A stretch of DNA of 64,000 nucleotides. Source: Myxococcota bacterium (lineage in GTDB: Bacteria; Myxococcota_A; Polyangia; Polyangiales; Houyiibacteriaceae). This document shows, one piece after another, positions 20,675 through 31,060 of this stretch. The position numbers and the translations under genes were made by a program. Positions within the stretch are counted from its first letter, which is position 1. Each line of letters begins with the position of its first letter. The notes beneath the pieces were generated by a model. It saw nothing but the letters and a program-made list of their open reading frames with translations. It searched no databases and was not told the origin of the DNA. The stretch lies in assembly GCA_039030515.1 (NCBI GenBank), contig JBCCEA010000001.1, positions 96,001 to 160,000 on the forward strand, given 5' to 3'.

Positions 20675-20898
20675 CCGGGTAAGTTAGCAGGCGTGGACGA
20701 AAATGCTTCGGGAAAACCCCACCATTCTGGCGCATTGAGATCTTAAATTATCGTAATTAGACCTGTCTGTCGGGATTCGACACCGCAGGCCTTTAACCGT
20801 CAAGAAACTTAGCTATGCTCCGCCGGGCGACTTGCAGACCGGGTCGTTTTGCGAAATCGGCAGCTCCCATTCTACGGACGCCGGTGCGTATTGGAGGA

Positions 20899-21936
20899 AT
20901 GGTGCCCAACGCCTTTATTGCCGGCACTGGCATGAGAGTGCCAGATCGTATCGTTACCAACGATCAGCTGCGTACCGAGTTTGGAATCGACACGACCCAT
21001 GAATGGATCGTCAAGCGAACAGGAATCGAGGAGCGGCGGTTCGCTGATGAAGGTGTTGGAACTTCCGATCTTGCAGTTACTGCTTGTGAAGAAGCCATCA
21101 AACAGGCCGGCATCGAGAAGACAGAGATCGACATGATTCTCTTTGCGACGCTCTCTCCAGAGCACTGTTTTCCGGGATCTGGGGTGTATCTTCAGGAAAA
21201 ACTGGGTCTTTGTGACGGCGATAGTGCAACGTTTTGTCCCGCGATGGACATTCGCAATCAGTGTTCGGGCTTCCTCTACGGACTCGGGACCGCTGCTTCC
21301 ATGATTCAGTCTGGAGCCGTCAAGAACGTACTTTTGGTAGGCGCTGAAGTTCACTCTGCCGCCCTCGATCTGACTACCCAGGGTCGCTCAGTGGCTTCGT
21401 TATTCGGTGACGGCGCCGGTGCAGTGGTTGTTCAAGCGACTGAAGAAGACCGCGGGGTGCGTGGCTGGTACCTCGGCGCGGATGGCAGGTACGCCGACAA
21501 TCTCTGCCAAAAGGTATGGGATATGCGCAAGAGGCCGTATATTTCTGTGGATGCAGAAGGGGTCGGTCAGGTTCCGGTCGACATGCTTTGGGCTCACATG
21601 GATGGTCGACTCGTGTTCAAGAACGCCGTGGAGCGCATGCTCGGCGCGTTGATGACGGCGTTTTCCGATCAGGGAGGGCTGACGGTGAACGATGTTGACC
21701 TCTTCGTCTTCCATCAAGCAAATCTTCGAATCAATCAATATCTTGCGGAGATGGCGGGGATTCCAGCCGAGAAACTAGTCAACAATATCCAGTGTTACGG
21801 CAACACCACCGCTGCCACAATTCCTCTACTTCTGACGCAAGCCGTCAAAGATGGAGTACTGCAGCGAGGGATGAAGGTTGCCATTGCCGCGTTTGGCTCA
21901 GGCTTCACTTGGGGCAGTGCAATTATCGACTGGTAG
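20899..21936 (+). CDS. fabH: 3-oxoacyl-ACP synthase III
   Basis: RTGIEERR, NQCSGF (catalytic Cys), LFGDGAGA, FHQANLRI, YGNT, FGSGFTWG. Confidence 0.93.
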   Translation: MVPNAFIAGTGMRVPDRIVTNDQLRTEFGIDTTHEWIVKRTGIEERRFADEGVGTSDLAVTACEEAIKQAGIEKTEIDMILFATLSPEHCFPGSGVYLQEKLGLCDGDSATFCPAMDIRNQCSGFLYGLGTAASMIQSGAVKNVLLVGAEVHSAALDLTTQGRSVASLFGDGAGAVVVQATEEDRGVRGWYLGADGRYADNLCQKVWDMRKRPYISVDAEGVGQVPVDMLWAHMDGRLVFKNAVERMLGALMTAFSDQGGLTVNDVDLFVFHQANLRINQYLAEMAGIPAEKLVNNIQCYGNTTAATIPLLLTQAVKDGVLQRGMKVAIAAFGSGFTWGSAIIDW

Positions 21937-22033
21937 GCGGGTCTGAGGTTTCGACTTTGCTTAGGAAATTATTGACGTTTGGACGGCCTGCCGTCTAAAA
22001 CAGAACTCGGCACTAAGAGAACTGCCTGCGCTG

Positions 22034-22972
22034 ATGGAGAGCTACTTCGGTATCGTATGTGGTGACTGCAACACCTATTCGCAGATCGGTACCCGCAACT
22101 GTCCGGAATGTGGTAACGACCTCACCGCAGAGCTATCGAACACCGGAGGTGCCGCGCCCGCTGCAAAACCCTCTCGGGAGGAGTTGATGGAACAAGCTCG
22201 GAACTACATTTGCAGAGAATGCTCGAGCCCCGTGCCATCTGGACACAAGTTCTGTGGTGCGTGCGGCGCTGAAGTGCCGGAAGATATTCAGCTGCTCCGG
22301 GAAGAATATTTTGGTGCGATGCAGTCTCCCGGTAAGGCGCGCCTCATACTGATTCGAGGAGATCAAGGTGTCGATGGGTTGAGTTATCTCCTCCAGGGCA
22401 ATGAGCATGTCGCAGGTCGACAGAACGTGCAGATACTGTTTCCAGATGATTCCTGGCTCAGTCCTAGGCATGCCAACTTCATTTACAGAGGGGAGAAGTT
22501 GGTTGTGAGAGATGAAGGCAGTGTGAATGGGGTCTACGTTCGACTAACCGCCCCAATGCAGTTGCGACCGGGAGATAAGTTTCTCTGTGGAGAGCAGGTG
22601 TTTCGGCTCGATGAGACTCCCGAGGATACCGCAGGTCCTGCTTCAGATCAGACCTATTTCTACTCCTCCCCCAAACGGCCATACTCGTTCAGAGTCACGC
22701 AGATTCTTGCAGGAGGTTCCGATGGGATCAGCGTTTGCTCTCGAGAGGATACAGTGCTGATTGGGAGAGAAAATTGCGATACGAACTTCCCAAACGACAT
22801 TTACATGTCTGCTACTCATGCCCGATTGGATGCTGTCGAAGGCGAGGTTACCTTGACTGATGCTGGGTCCCGCAACGGCACCTACACCCAGACTCGCGGG
22901 GAGACTGAACTCAATCACGGTGACTATCTATTCTTGGGTCGACAGCTGTTGCGGGTTGAGATGACCGTCTAA
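22034..22972 (+). CDS. Double zinc-ribbon + tandem FHA protein
   Basis: CGDC..CPECG and CREC..FCGACG; two FHA motif sets (GR...SPRH...NG; GR...SATH...NG). Confidence 0.85.
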   Translation: MESYFGIVCGDCNTYSQIGTRNCPECGNDLTAELSNTGGAAPAAKPSREELMEQARNYICRECSSPVPSGHKFCGACGAEVPEDIQLLREEYFGAMQSPGKARLILIRGDQGVDGLSYLLQGNEHVAGRQNVQILFPDDSWLSPRHANFIYRGEKLVVRDEGSVNGVYVRLTAPMQLRPGDKFLCGEQVFRLDETPEDTAGPASDQTYFYSSPKRPYSFRVTQILAGGSDGISVCSREDTVLIGRENCDTNFPNDIYMSATHARLDAVEGEVTLTDAGSRNGTYTQTRGETELNHGDYLFLGRQLLRVEMTV

Positions 22973-23107
22973 GCCGCTTTTCAGGTGCGATAACATACAG
23001 GATATTAGAGGCGTTCGGCGGCAGTCCGGAATCGAACCCACATCAAATGCGCTCCAGCTTGTGATGACATCGATGTTGCAGATCGATACCCGGCGAGCGT
23101 ATTCCTA

Positions 23108-24871
23108 TTAAGGACTCTCGTCCTGTAAAGGCACGGACTCACCTTCTGGCAAAGCCTCAAATTGCTCTAGAATCGCGTTTACAACTTCCCGATCGTTTGA
23201 CTCAGGATCCAGTTCTAGATAACGCCGGTATGCTTCACGACCCTGAATCAGGCGTCCTATCCTCATATAGGCTCGAGCTAGTTCTCGATGCACATCGGCG
23301 TCCCGAGGGTGGTCGAGCGCTGCTTTTTCGTAAGCCACAATCGCACCAAGAACGTTGTTGCTTAGAAACTTAATTCTCCCGTCCTCAAACGAAAACTTTT
23401 CTGCTTCGAGCTGACTCTGCACTGCGGATGCGGATTCTTGTTCGTTCGCGATCGATTGGGTCGTGTGCCTTCGTCCTAACCGCGCTTCTTTGGTTGTTTG
23501 CGTCTTCCTCTGCTCGACAAGCCTGTGCTCTCCCAACCTTGTGTCGACCGTTTCGATCTGCGATTCGGTTTGTTCGCTTCTCACGCCATCTTTGCTCAGC
23601 GGAGATAGGGTTCGATAACGCTCGTGCAGCGTCTCGTTCTGCCTACGTCTACTAGCTTGTTGTGTGTCCGGAGCCTTCGCAGTAACGTGTGGTGCGTGCT
23701 CGGGCCCGGGGGCCCGGAGGATTGACCAAGTAAACATTAAGAAGCTTACGGCTAAGAAGCCGGTAGCTGCAGCAAACAGCCACGTACTTCGACTTTTGTC
23801 GGCACGCTTGGAAGCGATTTTTCTCGCAAGTCGACGAGTCGGGTCGCGCTTGACGGTGCCGAGCTGAGACACTGCAGAAGGCCCCAGTAATTCGAGGCAG
23901 CAAAGTAGCGCGTCACGCATATCTCCAGCATTCCGAAACCGGTGGTCGCGCTCTTTTGCCATCGCGCGTTGGCAGATGGCTTCAAGTGCTCGAGGAATAT
24001 ATAGCTCCGGATGACGTGCTCTCGGGGGTGGTGCAACGCTCGTGAGGTGCCGCGTGATCGTTCCTAGTGCTGTGCTCGTCTGGAAGGGCGGGCTTCCCGT
24101 GAGCAGATGATAGAGTATGCATCCTACCGAATAGATATCCGCTCGGTGATCTACCTCCTCTCCGCGGGCTTGTTCCGGCGCCATGTACTCAGGAGTCCCG
24201 CAAACGAGATCCGCGATGGTGATCGCCGAGCCCTCTGCTTCCACGATCTTTGCGATTCCGAAATCGCATACCTTTACATGTTCCGAGCCGCCTCCGGAAT
24301 CGAGAACAACGACGTTCTCCGGTTTCAGATCTCGGTGAATAATCCCCACCCGATGCGCTGCGTCTACTGCGAGTAATGTCTGCGATAAAAGCTCAATGAT
24401 TCGCTTGGGAGAGAGAGGTGCGTCGTGCTGGAGAATCGTTAGGAGGTCGTCGCCATCGAGGAGCTCCATCGCCAAGTAAAAGGTTCCATCGTCGGAGCGC
24501 CCAAAATCAATGGTCTGCAGACTGTTGGGATGGACCAGTCTACTGGCTGCTTGCGCTTCTCGATGGAAGCGTCGGGTAACGCTCGGGTTTACTGCGATAT
24601 GGTCGTGAAGAATCTTGATCGCCAGTTCTAGGCCCAAGTGCTCATGCACTGCACCGTACACGCGAGCCATCGCTCCCTCACCAAGTACGTCCATGATTCG
24701 GTACTTGCCTGAGATTAAGGTGCCGAGTCGTGGATCGTCCGCCCAATTAGCGGTCAGGTCTCGCTTTGGGCAGGATCCACATGTTTCCGGTACCTGAGGC
24801 GCTTCAGCGTTGTAGTCCTCACATGAGCCCATATTCGCGTTACCAAAGCGCAGTGTACGTGATGGTGCCAT
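23108..24871 (-). CDS. Membrane Ser/Thr (Hanks-type) protein kinase with C-terminal TPR
   Basis: LGEGAMARV, LAIK, HRDLKPEN, DFG, GTPEYMAPE; TM WLFAAATGFLAVSFLMFTW; TPR-like tail (ELARAY...AYRRYLELDP); start uncertain. Confidence 0.9.
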   Translation of the reverse strand: MAPSRTLRFGNANMGSCEDYNAEAPQVPETCGSCPKRDLTANWADDPRLGTLISGKYRIMDVLGEGAMARVYGAVHEHLGLELAIKILHDHIAVNPSVTRRFHREAQAASRLVHPNSLQTIDFGRSDDGTFYLAMELLDGDDLLTILQHDAPLSPKRIIELLSQTLLAVDAAHRVGIIHRDLKPENVVVLDSGGGSEHVKVCDFGIAKIVEAEGSAITIADLVCGTPEYMAPEQARGEEVDHRADIYSVGCILYHLLTGSPPFQTSTALGTITRHLTSVAPPPRARHPELYIPRALEAICQRAMAKERDHRFRNAGDMRDALLCCLELLGPSAVSQLGTVKRDPTRRLARKIASKRADKSRSTWLFAAATGFLAVSFLMFTWSILRAPGPEHAPHVTAKAPDTQQASRRRQNETLHERYRTLSPLSKDGVRSEQTESQIETVDTRLGEHRLVEQRKTQTTKEARLGRRHTTQSIANEQESASAVQSQLEAEKFSFEDGRIKFLSNNVLGAIVAYEKAALDHPRDADVHRELARAYMRIGRLIQGREAYRRYLELDPESNDREVVNAILEQFEALPEGESVPLQDESP

Positions 24872-24947
24872 GCAGTGCGACCCGTGAAGAATGCCCCCCA
24901 ACTGCTTCCAAGCATCGATGCTCTGAGACCGTGTCCTGCCGGCTCTC

Positions 24948-24977
24948 TTGACCCCGCGCGTAAAACGCCACTATTCT
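24948..24977 (+). promoter_or_regulatory. Putative sigma70 promoter of the second FHA gene
   Basis: TTGACC-N18-TATTCT about 60 nt before GAGGAGG/GTG 25037. Confidence 0.45.
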
Positions 24978-25036
24978 CGGGCATAAATGGCGTTTACGAA
25001 TTTCCAAACAGTCGAAAACGAAGTGAGGAGGCTGCG

Positions 25037-26203
25037 GTGATCGTTTGTCCCCGGTGCGGCAAAGAGAATCAGGACCACTACAAGTTCTGTCTTGGCTGCG
25101 GCGCGGAACTTCCTCGGGATGCGGAGCAGGCTCCTAAGAGCTTCACCGCGCCTACGCCTCCATCTGGAGTGCCGTCAGTGAGTGCTCCCGTGCCTTCGGC
25201 TATAGCGCCCAGCGATTTAAGTAAAGGCCACAGCTCCTCAATGGTCCCAGCAGTTTCTGCCCCTAGTGCCACGCGTCCGGCCAAAAAGACCTCTTCCTCT
25301 GGCTCAGCCGGAGCCGAGAAGCCTCCCGTGGTCGGTTCGGCGGCGCATGCCGGGAAGCCCTTGTCAGATTCGGTGGCTCAATCTTCCCCAGCAGCAATGG
25401 CTCCTTCATCAGCGATTGCTGGACCCACGTCGACCGAGAAAATTAACTGCCCTCGCTGTGGTGCGATCAATCCACAATCGTTTAAGTTCTGCGGCTCCTG
25501 TGGTTTCGACCTGACCAAATTGGATCGAGATCCTGCAACCTCTCCAAGCGAGCCGCAGTCCCAGCCCACTGCTGAGGCTCCGCGAGGCTCTCTCGTGGTT
25601 ATCCGGCCTGATGGAACCGAAGGGGCAGTGGTTCCCCTTTCCTTGACCACTAAGATCGGCCGAGACACGGGAGGCCCGTTCGCGGGAGATTTCTACCTGT
25701 CCCCGCAGCACGCGACCTTCCGTTTTTCAGGAAGCGATTTGATGGTAACCGATGAGGATAGTCTCAATGGAATCTATGTGCGCATAGAGCGCGAAACACC
25801 AGTGGAGCTTGCCGCGGGGAGTATCTTTCGAATCGGTCAGGAAATTATCCGCTTCGATCCTATCGCTTCTCGAGTTGCCCCAGAGGGGGTTGAGATTATG
25901 GGGAGCCCCAATCCCGGTTACCTTGGAAGAATTAGCCTGGTTGTGGGTCGCGATACCTTCGGGAACTCATTCTGCATTCCATCTGAGGGAATGCACCTGG
26001 GCCGCGAGCGGGGTGATATTGTATTTCCAGAAGACGGCTACGTTTCCGGTTTGCACTGCCGGCTGCACGGTGACGGGGGCCGGATGTGGCTCACAGACTG
26101 CGGTAGCTCCAACGGAACGTTCTTGCGCGCCAGTCGAGAATTCGATCTGCGTAGTGGAAGTTTGATCTTGATGGGTCAGCAGCTGTTCCGAGTAGAGTAC
26201 TAA
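25037..26203 (+). CDS. Double zinc-ribbon + tandem FHA protein (paralog of 22034-22972)
   Basis: CPRCG..FCLGCG; Pro/Ser/Ala linker; CPRCG..FCGSCG; two FHA domains; strong RBS before GTG. Confidence 0.87.
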   Translation: MIVCPRCGKENQDHYKFCLGCGAELPRDAEQAPKSFTAPTPPSGVPSVSAPVPSAIAPSDLSKGHSSSMVPAVSAPSATRPAKKTSSSGSAGAEKPPVVGSAAHAGKPLSDSVAQSSPAAMAPSSAIAGPTSTEKINCPRCGAINPQSFKFCGSCGFDLTKLDRDPATSPSEPQSQPTAEAPRGSLVVIRPDGTEGAVVPLSLTTKIGRDTGGPFAGDFYLSPQHATFRFSGSDLMVTDEDSLNGIYVRIERETPVELAAGSIFRIGQEIIRFDPIASRVAPEGVEIMGSPNPGYLGRISLVVGRDTFGNSFCIPSEGMHLGRERGDIVFPEDGYVSGLHCRLHGDGGRMWLTDCGSSNGTFLRASREFDLRSGSLILMGQQLFRVEY

Positions 26204-26214
26204 AGCAGAGCTCC

Positions 26215-26234
26215 GGAGCCCATGAGTGGGCTCC
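26215..26234. terminator. Hairpin between convergent genes
   Basis: GGAGCCCA-tgag-TGGGCTCC just after the FHA gene stop. Confidence 0.45.
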
Positions 26235-26318
26235 CTCGGGTGGTCTGTAGGTCCCTCGGCAATCGAACTAAGTGGTTCACGGAGACTCACCTAAAGATGG
26301 TGACGTAAAAGAAACGCT

Positions 26319-27233
26319 CTACTGGTCTGCAAAATCGCCGGAAACACGTCCGAGTCGTTCCAGCAAGAATCGATCGATGTGTCGACGTACTGTATCAGGC
26401 TGCTCAACCACTGCCGCGTGGCTGCCCTCAGGGATCATCGTAAGCTCTGAATTGGGGATGAGGCTTGCCATGCGTTGGGCGCGTTCCGGTGGCGAGAAGG
26501 TGTCCCGCTCGGCGGCGATGACCAAGGTCGGCACGTTGATTTGCTCTAGGAGATCCTCGGCTGAATGCTCGCCGGCACATTCAAGCATGGAGAGAAATAG
26601 TTTAGGCCCCATGGAGGCGACGTGGCTCCAATAGGCGCGAAAGTCGTCTTCACGGATCGCGAAGCGATCTACCTCTCCACTCAATCGGGCAATGCGATAA
26701 GCGAGGCCTGCGGGAACTCTTCCCCAGATGGCTCTTGCGATGCCTAAGTGATGATCCACGGCCTTGATGATTGTGGGCAAGGCGTGCTTCAAGCGGTCGC
26801 TATTGTGAAAATGGCTGGTGACCTGACCATAGCTGCCGCAACAGAGAATAAGCGCTGCGACTGATTCTGGCTGCGATCGATAAAATTCGAGAGCTACCTG
26901 CGTGCCCATCGAATGACCGATCAGCACGGCCCGACCAGCGCCGACGTGCTCGAACACGGTAACTGCGTCCTCCGCCAAAACCGGTATCTCTACTTTGGAG
27001 GGATCTGCAGGCAGCCCGCTTCGGCCATGACCGCGGTAGTGCCAGTGAATCACTCGATGCGTCTGAGCTAAGTGGGGGAGCAGATATCGCCAGGCGAACC
27101 CGTCGCAGCCGATTCCATCAAACATCATCAAAGGTGGACCGCTGCCCCTCGCACACCAATAAATCTTGGTGCCGTCTTGAGCGGTTACAAATCCTTCTCT
27201 AGGCTCGTTTGGAACTCGCTCTTCTAGTTCCAC
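26319..27233 (-). CDS. Alpha/beta-fold hydrolase
   Basis: YRGHGRS, GHSMG nucleophile elbow, AERD, GSH; start probably GTG 27233. Confidence 0.88.
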   Translation of the reverse strand: MELEERVPNEPREGFVTAQDGTKIYWCARGSGPPLMMFDGIGCDGFAWRYLLPHLAQTHRVIHWHYRGHGRSGLPADPSKVEIPVLAEDAVTVFEHVGAGRAVLIGHSMGTQVALEFYRSQPESVAALILCCGSYGQVTSHFHNSDRLKHALPTIIKAVDHHLGIARAIWGRVPAGLAYRIARLSGEVDRFAIREDDFRAYWSHVASMGPKLFLSMLECAGEHSAEDLLEQINVPTLVIAAERDTFSPPERAQRMASLIPNSELTMIPEGSHAAVVEQPDTVRRHIDRFLLERLGRVSGDFADQ

Positions 27234-27258
27234 TCTGCTTACCGAGCCTTGAGCGCAC

Positions 27259-27486
27259 TTATTTGTTTGTGGTATCAAACTCGTCCGATGACTGCGACTC
27301 TGCATCGTTCGTGTCGGGAATATCATTCACCGAGGGGAGCTTTCTTATCTCCTGTATGCCGATTTTCACACAACGTTGCACGATCCAAGAAAGAGACCGA
27401 TCGAGGCGCGCAGCTTCATGCTGGATTTCCTGAAGCATCGACTCAGGAAAGTACAGGCTTTGTTTTCGCTTATCTGTTCCGGCCAT
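27259..27486 (-). CDS. Myxobacterial small protein, MXAN_4361/4362 (TIGR04563)-like, ribbon-helix-helix-like
   Basis: MAGTDKRKQSLYFPESMLQEIQHEAARLDRSLSWIVQRC; GAGGAGG RBS. Confidence 0.85.
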   Translation of the reverse strand: MAGTDKRKQSLYFPESMLQEIQHEAARLDRSLSWIVQRCVKIGIQEIRKLPSVNDIPDTNDAESQSSDEFDTTNK

Positions 27487-27604
27487 GACGACGATGCCCT
27501 CCTCGCTTTTCTGCTGTCTCATCTCTCTGCTGCGATGTACCCCTTCGTCGCAGAGCACCGACTAGTGTGAACGACAGTAATACAACACGAGGCGTATTGC
27601 ATTC

Positions 27605-28978
27605 ATGAAACGAACGCGAAGGAAAAGTATGTGGCAGTTGGTAGGCGTTTGCTCACGTTGGTGGAGGACGAGTGCATACCTTTTCGTGTCTCTATTCGCC
27701 TTGGTCGGAGTAGCTCAGGCGATTCCTGAATCGGAGAGTCCCTTTCGGAATCTTGGTATCTTCGCGCGAGTTCTCGCGCACATCGAGCGTTCCTACGTAG
27801 AGGAAGTTGATCAGGACGCTCTGATCTATGGGGCCATCCGAGGATTGATGTCGACTCTTGATCCGCACAGTCTGTTTATGGATCCCGAAGAGTATCGTTT
27901 ATTGACAAGCGATACTCAGGGACGATTCGGCGGCATCGGTGTCGAGATTCATGTTCAGGACGGCTATCTCGTCGTTGTAGGTCTTGTTGACGATGGACCC
28001 GCTCAAGAAGCAGGGATGCGCGAGGGGGATCGTTTTCTCCGTATCGATGGGCTCGGAGCGCGGGATCTACAAATCGCTCAGGCTGTTCGCCGCGTGAGGG
28101 GGGAGCCAGGAAGCACGGTCCAGGTGACCATCAGGCGGGAAGGCCATGAACGCGATCTCGAGTTTAATCTCACTCGAGAGGTCATAAAGGTCGAACCGAT
28201 AGAAGCCAGCGTGATCCCAGATCGAGTGCTTTATTTGAAGGTTAAAGCTTTTCAGGAGGGCAGCACGGAGCAGCTCCGCCAGGCCATCGACGTGGCGTTG
28301 GCATCGACATCTCAAGATCTCTCCGGGGTTCTTCTAGACCTTCGCAACAACCCTGGTGGGTTGCTCTCGGAAGCTATTTCGATGAGTGACGTGTTTCTAT
28401 CCAGCGGAACGATCGTGTCCACGCGAGGTCGAGATGGAATACCGATCGACACGGTCACCGCTTCGCAGTTGGATACCGCTCCGCCATGGCCGATGGTGGT
28501 TCTGGTCAATGGCTATTCGGCAAGCGCGGCTGAGATCGTCGCGGGAGCGCTGCAGGACCATGGGCGAGCCGTATTGGTGGGGACACGCAGTTTCGGTAAG
28601 GGAAGCGTGCAGAACATCATCGAGTTGCCGGGGGGAAGTGCGATGAAGCTCACGGTCGCTCGCTACTACACTCCAAGCGGGCAGTCCATCCAGGCGCAAG
28701 GTATCGAACCTGACGTCCGGGTCGAGCAGTTTGACACTCGGGAACTGATCGACGCTCGCCGTGATGTCCATCCACTGATCCGTGAGGAGTCCCTAGAAGG
28801 GCACCTTGATGCAGATGCGTCACGCAGGCCTGAGTTGCCGGCCCGCGGGCAGCCCCGCCTGGTTCCTGAATCCGTACCCAGCGAAGTCTTTTCAAGTGAT
28901 TTCCAAGCAAGAATAGCCCATCAGACGTTGCGGGGATTGCAGATTCACCAGCAAGGGCGCTCCGATTCATCCCAATAA
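27605..28978 (+). CDS. ctpA: Carboxyl-terminal processing protease (S41A, PDZ)
   Basis: LDPHS, FGGIG, LDLRNNPGG, SASAAEI, SFGKGSVQ, YYTPSG. Confidence 0.92.
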   Translation: MKRTRRKSMWQLVGVCSRWWRTSAYLFVSLFALVGVAQAIPESESPFRNLGIFARVLAHIERSYVEEVDQDALIYGAIRGLMSTLDPHSLFMDPEEYRLLTSDTQGRFGGIGVEIHVQDGYLVVVGLVDDGPAQEAGMREGDRFLRIDGLGARDLQIAQAVRRVRGEPGSTVQVTIRREGHERDLEFNLTREVIKVEPIEASVIPDRVLYLKVKAFQEGSTEQLRQAIDVALASTSQDLSGVLLDLRNNPGGLLSEAISMSDVFLSSGTIVSTRGRDGIPIDTVTASQLDTAPPWPMVVLVNGYSASAAEIVAGALQDHGRAVLVGTRSFGKGSVQNIIELPGGSAMKLTVARYYTPSGQSIQAQGIEPDVRVEQFDTRELIDARRDVHPLIREESLEGHLDADASRRPELPARGQPRLVPESVPSEVFSSDFQARIAHQTLRGLQIHQQGRSDSSQ

Positions 28979-29000
28979 CGGGCTGACAGATAGAGCAGCC

Positions 29001-29513
29001 TCATTGAGCTGGAGTTTGGCTCATGGCCCTTTCCAGGGTAACGAACTGAACTTCCGAGTTGTTCTCGGAAGATTTGCGGCTGGTCTCGACTAGCTCTGAA
29101 TGATCCAGTTTCGGAAACAGAGTGTCCCCCTCCACGACTCTACCTATTTCCGTAAGCCATATTTTTGTCGTCCAGGGTAATGCTCGCTCGTACACGGCGG
29201 CCCCACCGATCACGATAGGAAACATGTCTAGATTTTGCGCTGCGGCCACTGCAGATTCGAAGCTAGAGTGCACCGTGCAGCCCGGAGCACGGAAGGACGA
29301 TTTTCCAGAAATTACGTGGTTGTCTCGGTTTGGTAGTGGGCGCCCAATGCTCTCGTATGTTTTGCGTCCCATGATGATCGAGTGCCCTAGGGTGACTCTT
29401 CGGAAATGACGTAGGTCTTCCGGGTAGTGCCAGGGCAATTGACCCTGATCGCCGATCACTCGATTGACACTCATCGCGACGATGAGGCCTAGCTGCGCGC
29501 GATCAAACGGCAA
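29001..29513 (-). CDS. folA: Dihydrofolate reductase
   Basis: LIVAM..NRVIG...[36 protein letters not shown]. Confidence 0.95.
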   Translation of the reverse strand: MPFDRAQLGLIVAMSVNRVIGDQGQLPWHYPEDLRHFRRVTLGHSIIMGRKTYESIGRPLPNRDNHVISGKSSFRAPGCTVHSSFESAVAAAQNLDMFPIVIGGAAVYERALPWTTKIWLTEIGRVVEGDTLFPKLDHSELVETSRKSSENNSEVQFVTLERAMSQTPAQ

Positions 29514-30345
29514 CGGGAGCCTTGATACGGGGGTGAGGATGATAGTCCGTCAGTTCAAAATGCTCGTAGCGAAACTCGAACATATCGCGAATCTCGGGGT
29601 CCAGCCGGATCTTCGGGAGCGCTCGAGGTTCCCGGCTGAGTTGTTCCTCGGCCTGGTCAAGATGGTTTTCGTATAGGTGCACATCACCGAAAGTATGTAT
29701 AAAACGTCCCGGAACTAAGCTGCAGACTTGCGCTATCATCGTTGTGAGCAGCGCGTAGCTGGCGATGTTAAAGGGAACCCCTAGAAAGATATCCGCGCTT
29801 CTTTGGTAAAGCTGGCAATCAAGACGATCCCCGCGCGCATAGAATTGAAAGAGGGTATGACAGGGCGGCAAGGCCACCTGCTCAGTCTCCCGAGGATTCC
29901 AACCGGTCACGATCAGCCGTCGGCTTGAGGGAATCTCTTTAATCTGCCGGACCACACGGGTGATTTGGTCGCATCCGTCCGGCTGATAAGAGCCGTCACT
30001 GTTTTGTGTCGCCCCGAAGTTACGCCATTGATGCCCGTAAATCGGTCCTAAGTCCCCCTCTTTTCGATCGAATCGTGCGCACTGCTCTTCGCTGGCCCAC
30101 TCGTCCCAGATCGTGACGCCTTGACGCTGCAGCGAAGCTACATGTGTTTCACCTCGAAGAAACCAGAGCAGTTCATGGACGATTGAAGGAAGATGAACTT
30201 TTTTGGTCGTGAGCAGTGGGAAGCCGTCTTGCAGGTCCAAACGCAACTGTTCACCAAATAGGCTCCGCGTTCCGGTTCCTGTTCGATCCTCGCGGGCTTC
30301 TCCCTCTTGCATTATTTTTGCAAGGAGTTTTAGGTAACTTCTCAT
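29503..30345 (-). CDS. thyA: Thymidylate synthase
   Basis: [47 protein letters not shown]. Confidence 0.97.
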   Translation of the reverse strand: MRSYLKLLAKIMQEGEAREDRTGTGTRSLFGEQLRLDLQDGFPLLTTKKVHLPSIVHELLWFLRGETHVASLQRQGVTIWDEWASEEQCARFDRKEGDLGPIYGHQWRNFGATQNSDGSYQPDGCDQITRVVRQIKEIPSSRRLIVTGWNPRETEQVALPPCHTLFQFYARGDRLDCQLYQRSADIFLGVPFNIASYALLTTMIAQVCSLVPGRFIHTFGDVHLYENHLDQAEEQLSREPRALPKIRLDPEIRDMFEFRYEHFELTDYHPHPRIKAPVAV

Positions 30346-30433
30346 CCGTCCTCATCGATTTGAGCTTTCCCGTTGTACTCTAGCCCCACGTGAGTTCAAC
30401 GCTGAGCATCACGATGAGCTCCAAAGTAGGCGA

Positions 30434-31060
30434 GTGGCTCGGTGTGTTTGGCGTCTGTTGGACCTCCTTTGCCTAGACTCAGGGAAGGTTGCTCAAAAAT
30501 TGTCCTTGATACGGACCGCGTGCTTTTCTCGGATTGTGGAGTTCCGGGCGTCATCCGTCCTCGCACTGCTCGCTCCCCTTTTGTCGGGAGTGGCCACCTG
30601 CGATCGGGAAGAGTCTCGTCAACTGGCCGACGTGACCGAGTCAGCCAAAGCCTACGTCTCGCACTTTTATTGGTTTGAACGATGGGCGCGTCGCAGTGTC
30701 GCTGCAGCTCCAGCTCGGCTCAATCGAGACAGCGTTCTCGAAACGCTTTTTGCTCCAGTGCGTCGAGATGACACTCCCTTGGCAATCTGGGTACAGCAAG
30801 GAACCCATGTGGGTGACCATCTTTTCTTTCGCACCAAAAAGCCGATGCCTCCTCAGTCCGTTGCATGGTTGATGTTACGCGAACGGTTTGCTGGACTTCG
30901 AGTAGCTTCAGCTCTGGTGCCGGATGGCCGTGTATCTCGCCGGCCTCCAAATGTTGAGGCGATTTTGCTCTCCCGCTCCCAACCATCTCGAGATAGTGTC
31001 GAGCTCACGGTGACCATCGCCTACCCGGTCGTGACGGCGCCGACTATCGTACTTCAGTAG
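30434..31060 (+). CDS. Hypothetical exported protein
   Basis: 208-aa ORF filling the gap; hydrophobic stretch ending SGVATC; true start probably downstream. Confidence 0.5.
   Translation: MARCVWRLLDLLCLDSGKVAQKLSLIRTACFSRIVEFRASSVLALLAPLLSGVATCDREESRQLADVTESAKAYVSHFYWFERWARRSVAAAPARLNRDSVLETLFAPVRRDDTPLAIWVQQGTHVGDHLFFRTKKPMPPQSVAWLMLRERFAGLRVASALVPDGRVSRRPPNVEAILLSRSQPSRDSVELTVTIAYPVVTAPTIVLQ

Noticed and set aside
29001..30345. thyA-folA as phage or resistance cargo
   Set aside because: Ordinary chromosomal pairing with host-like composition and no mobile context
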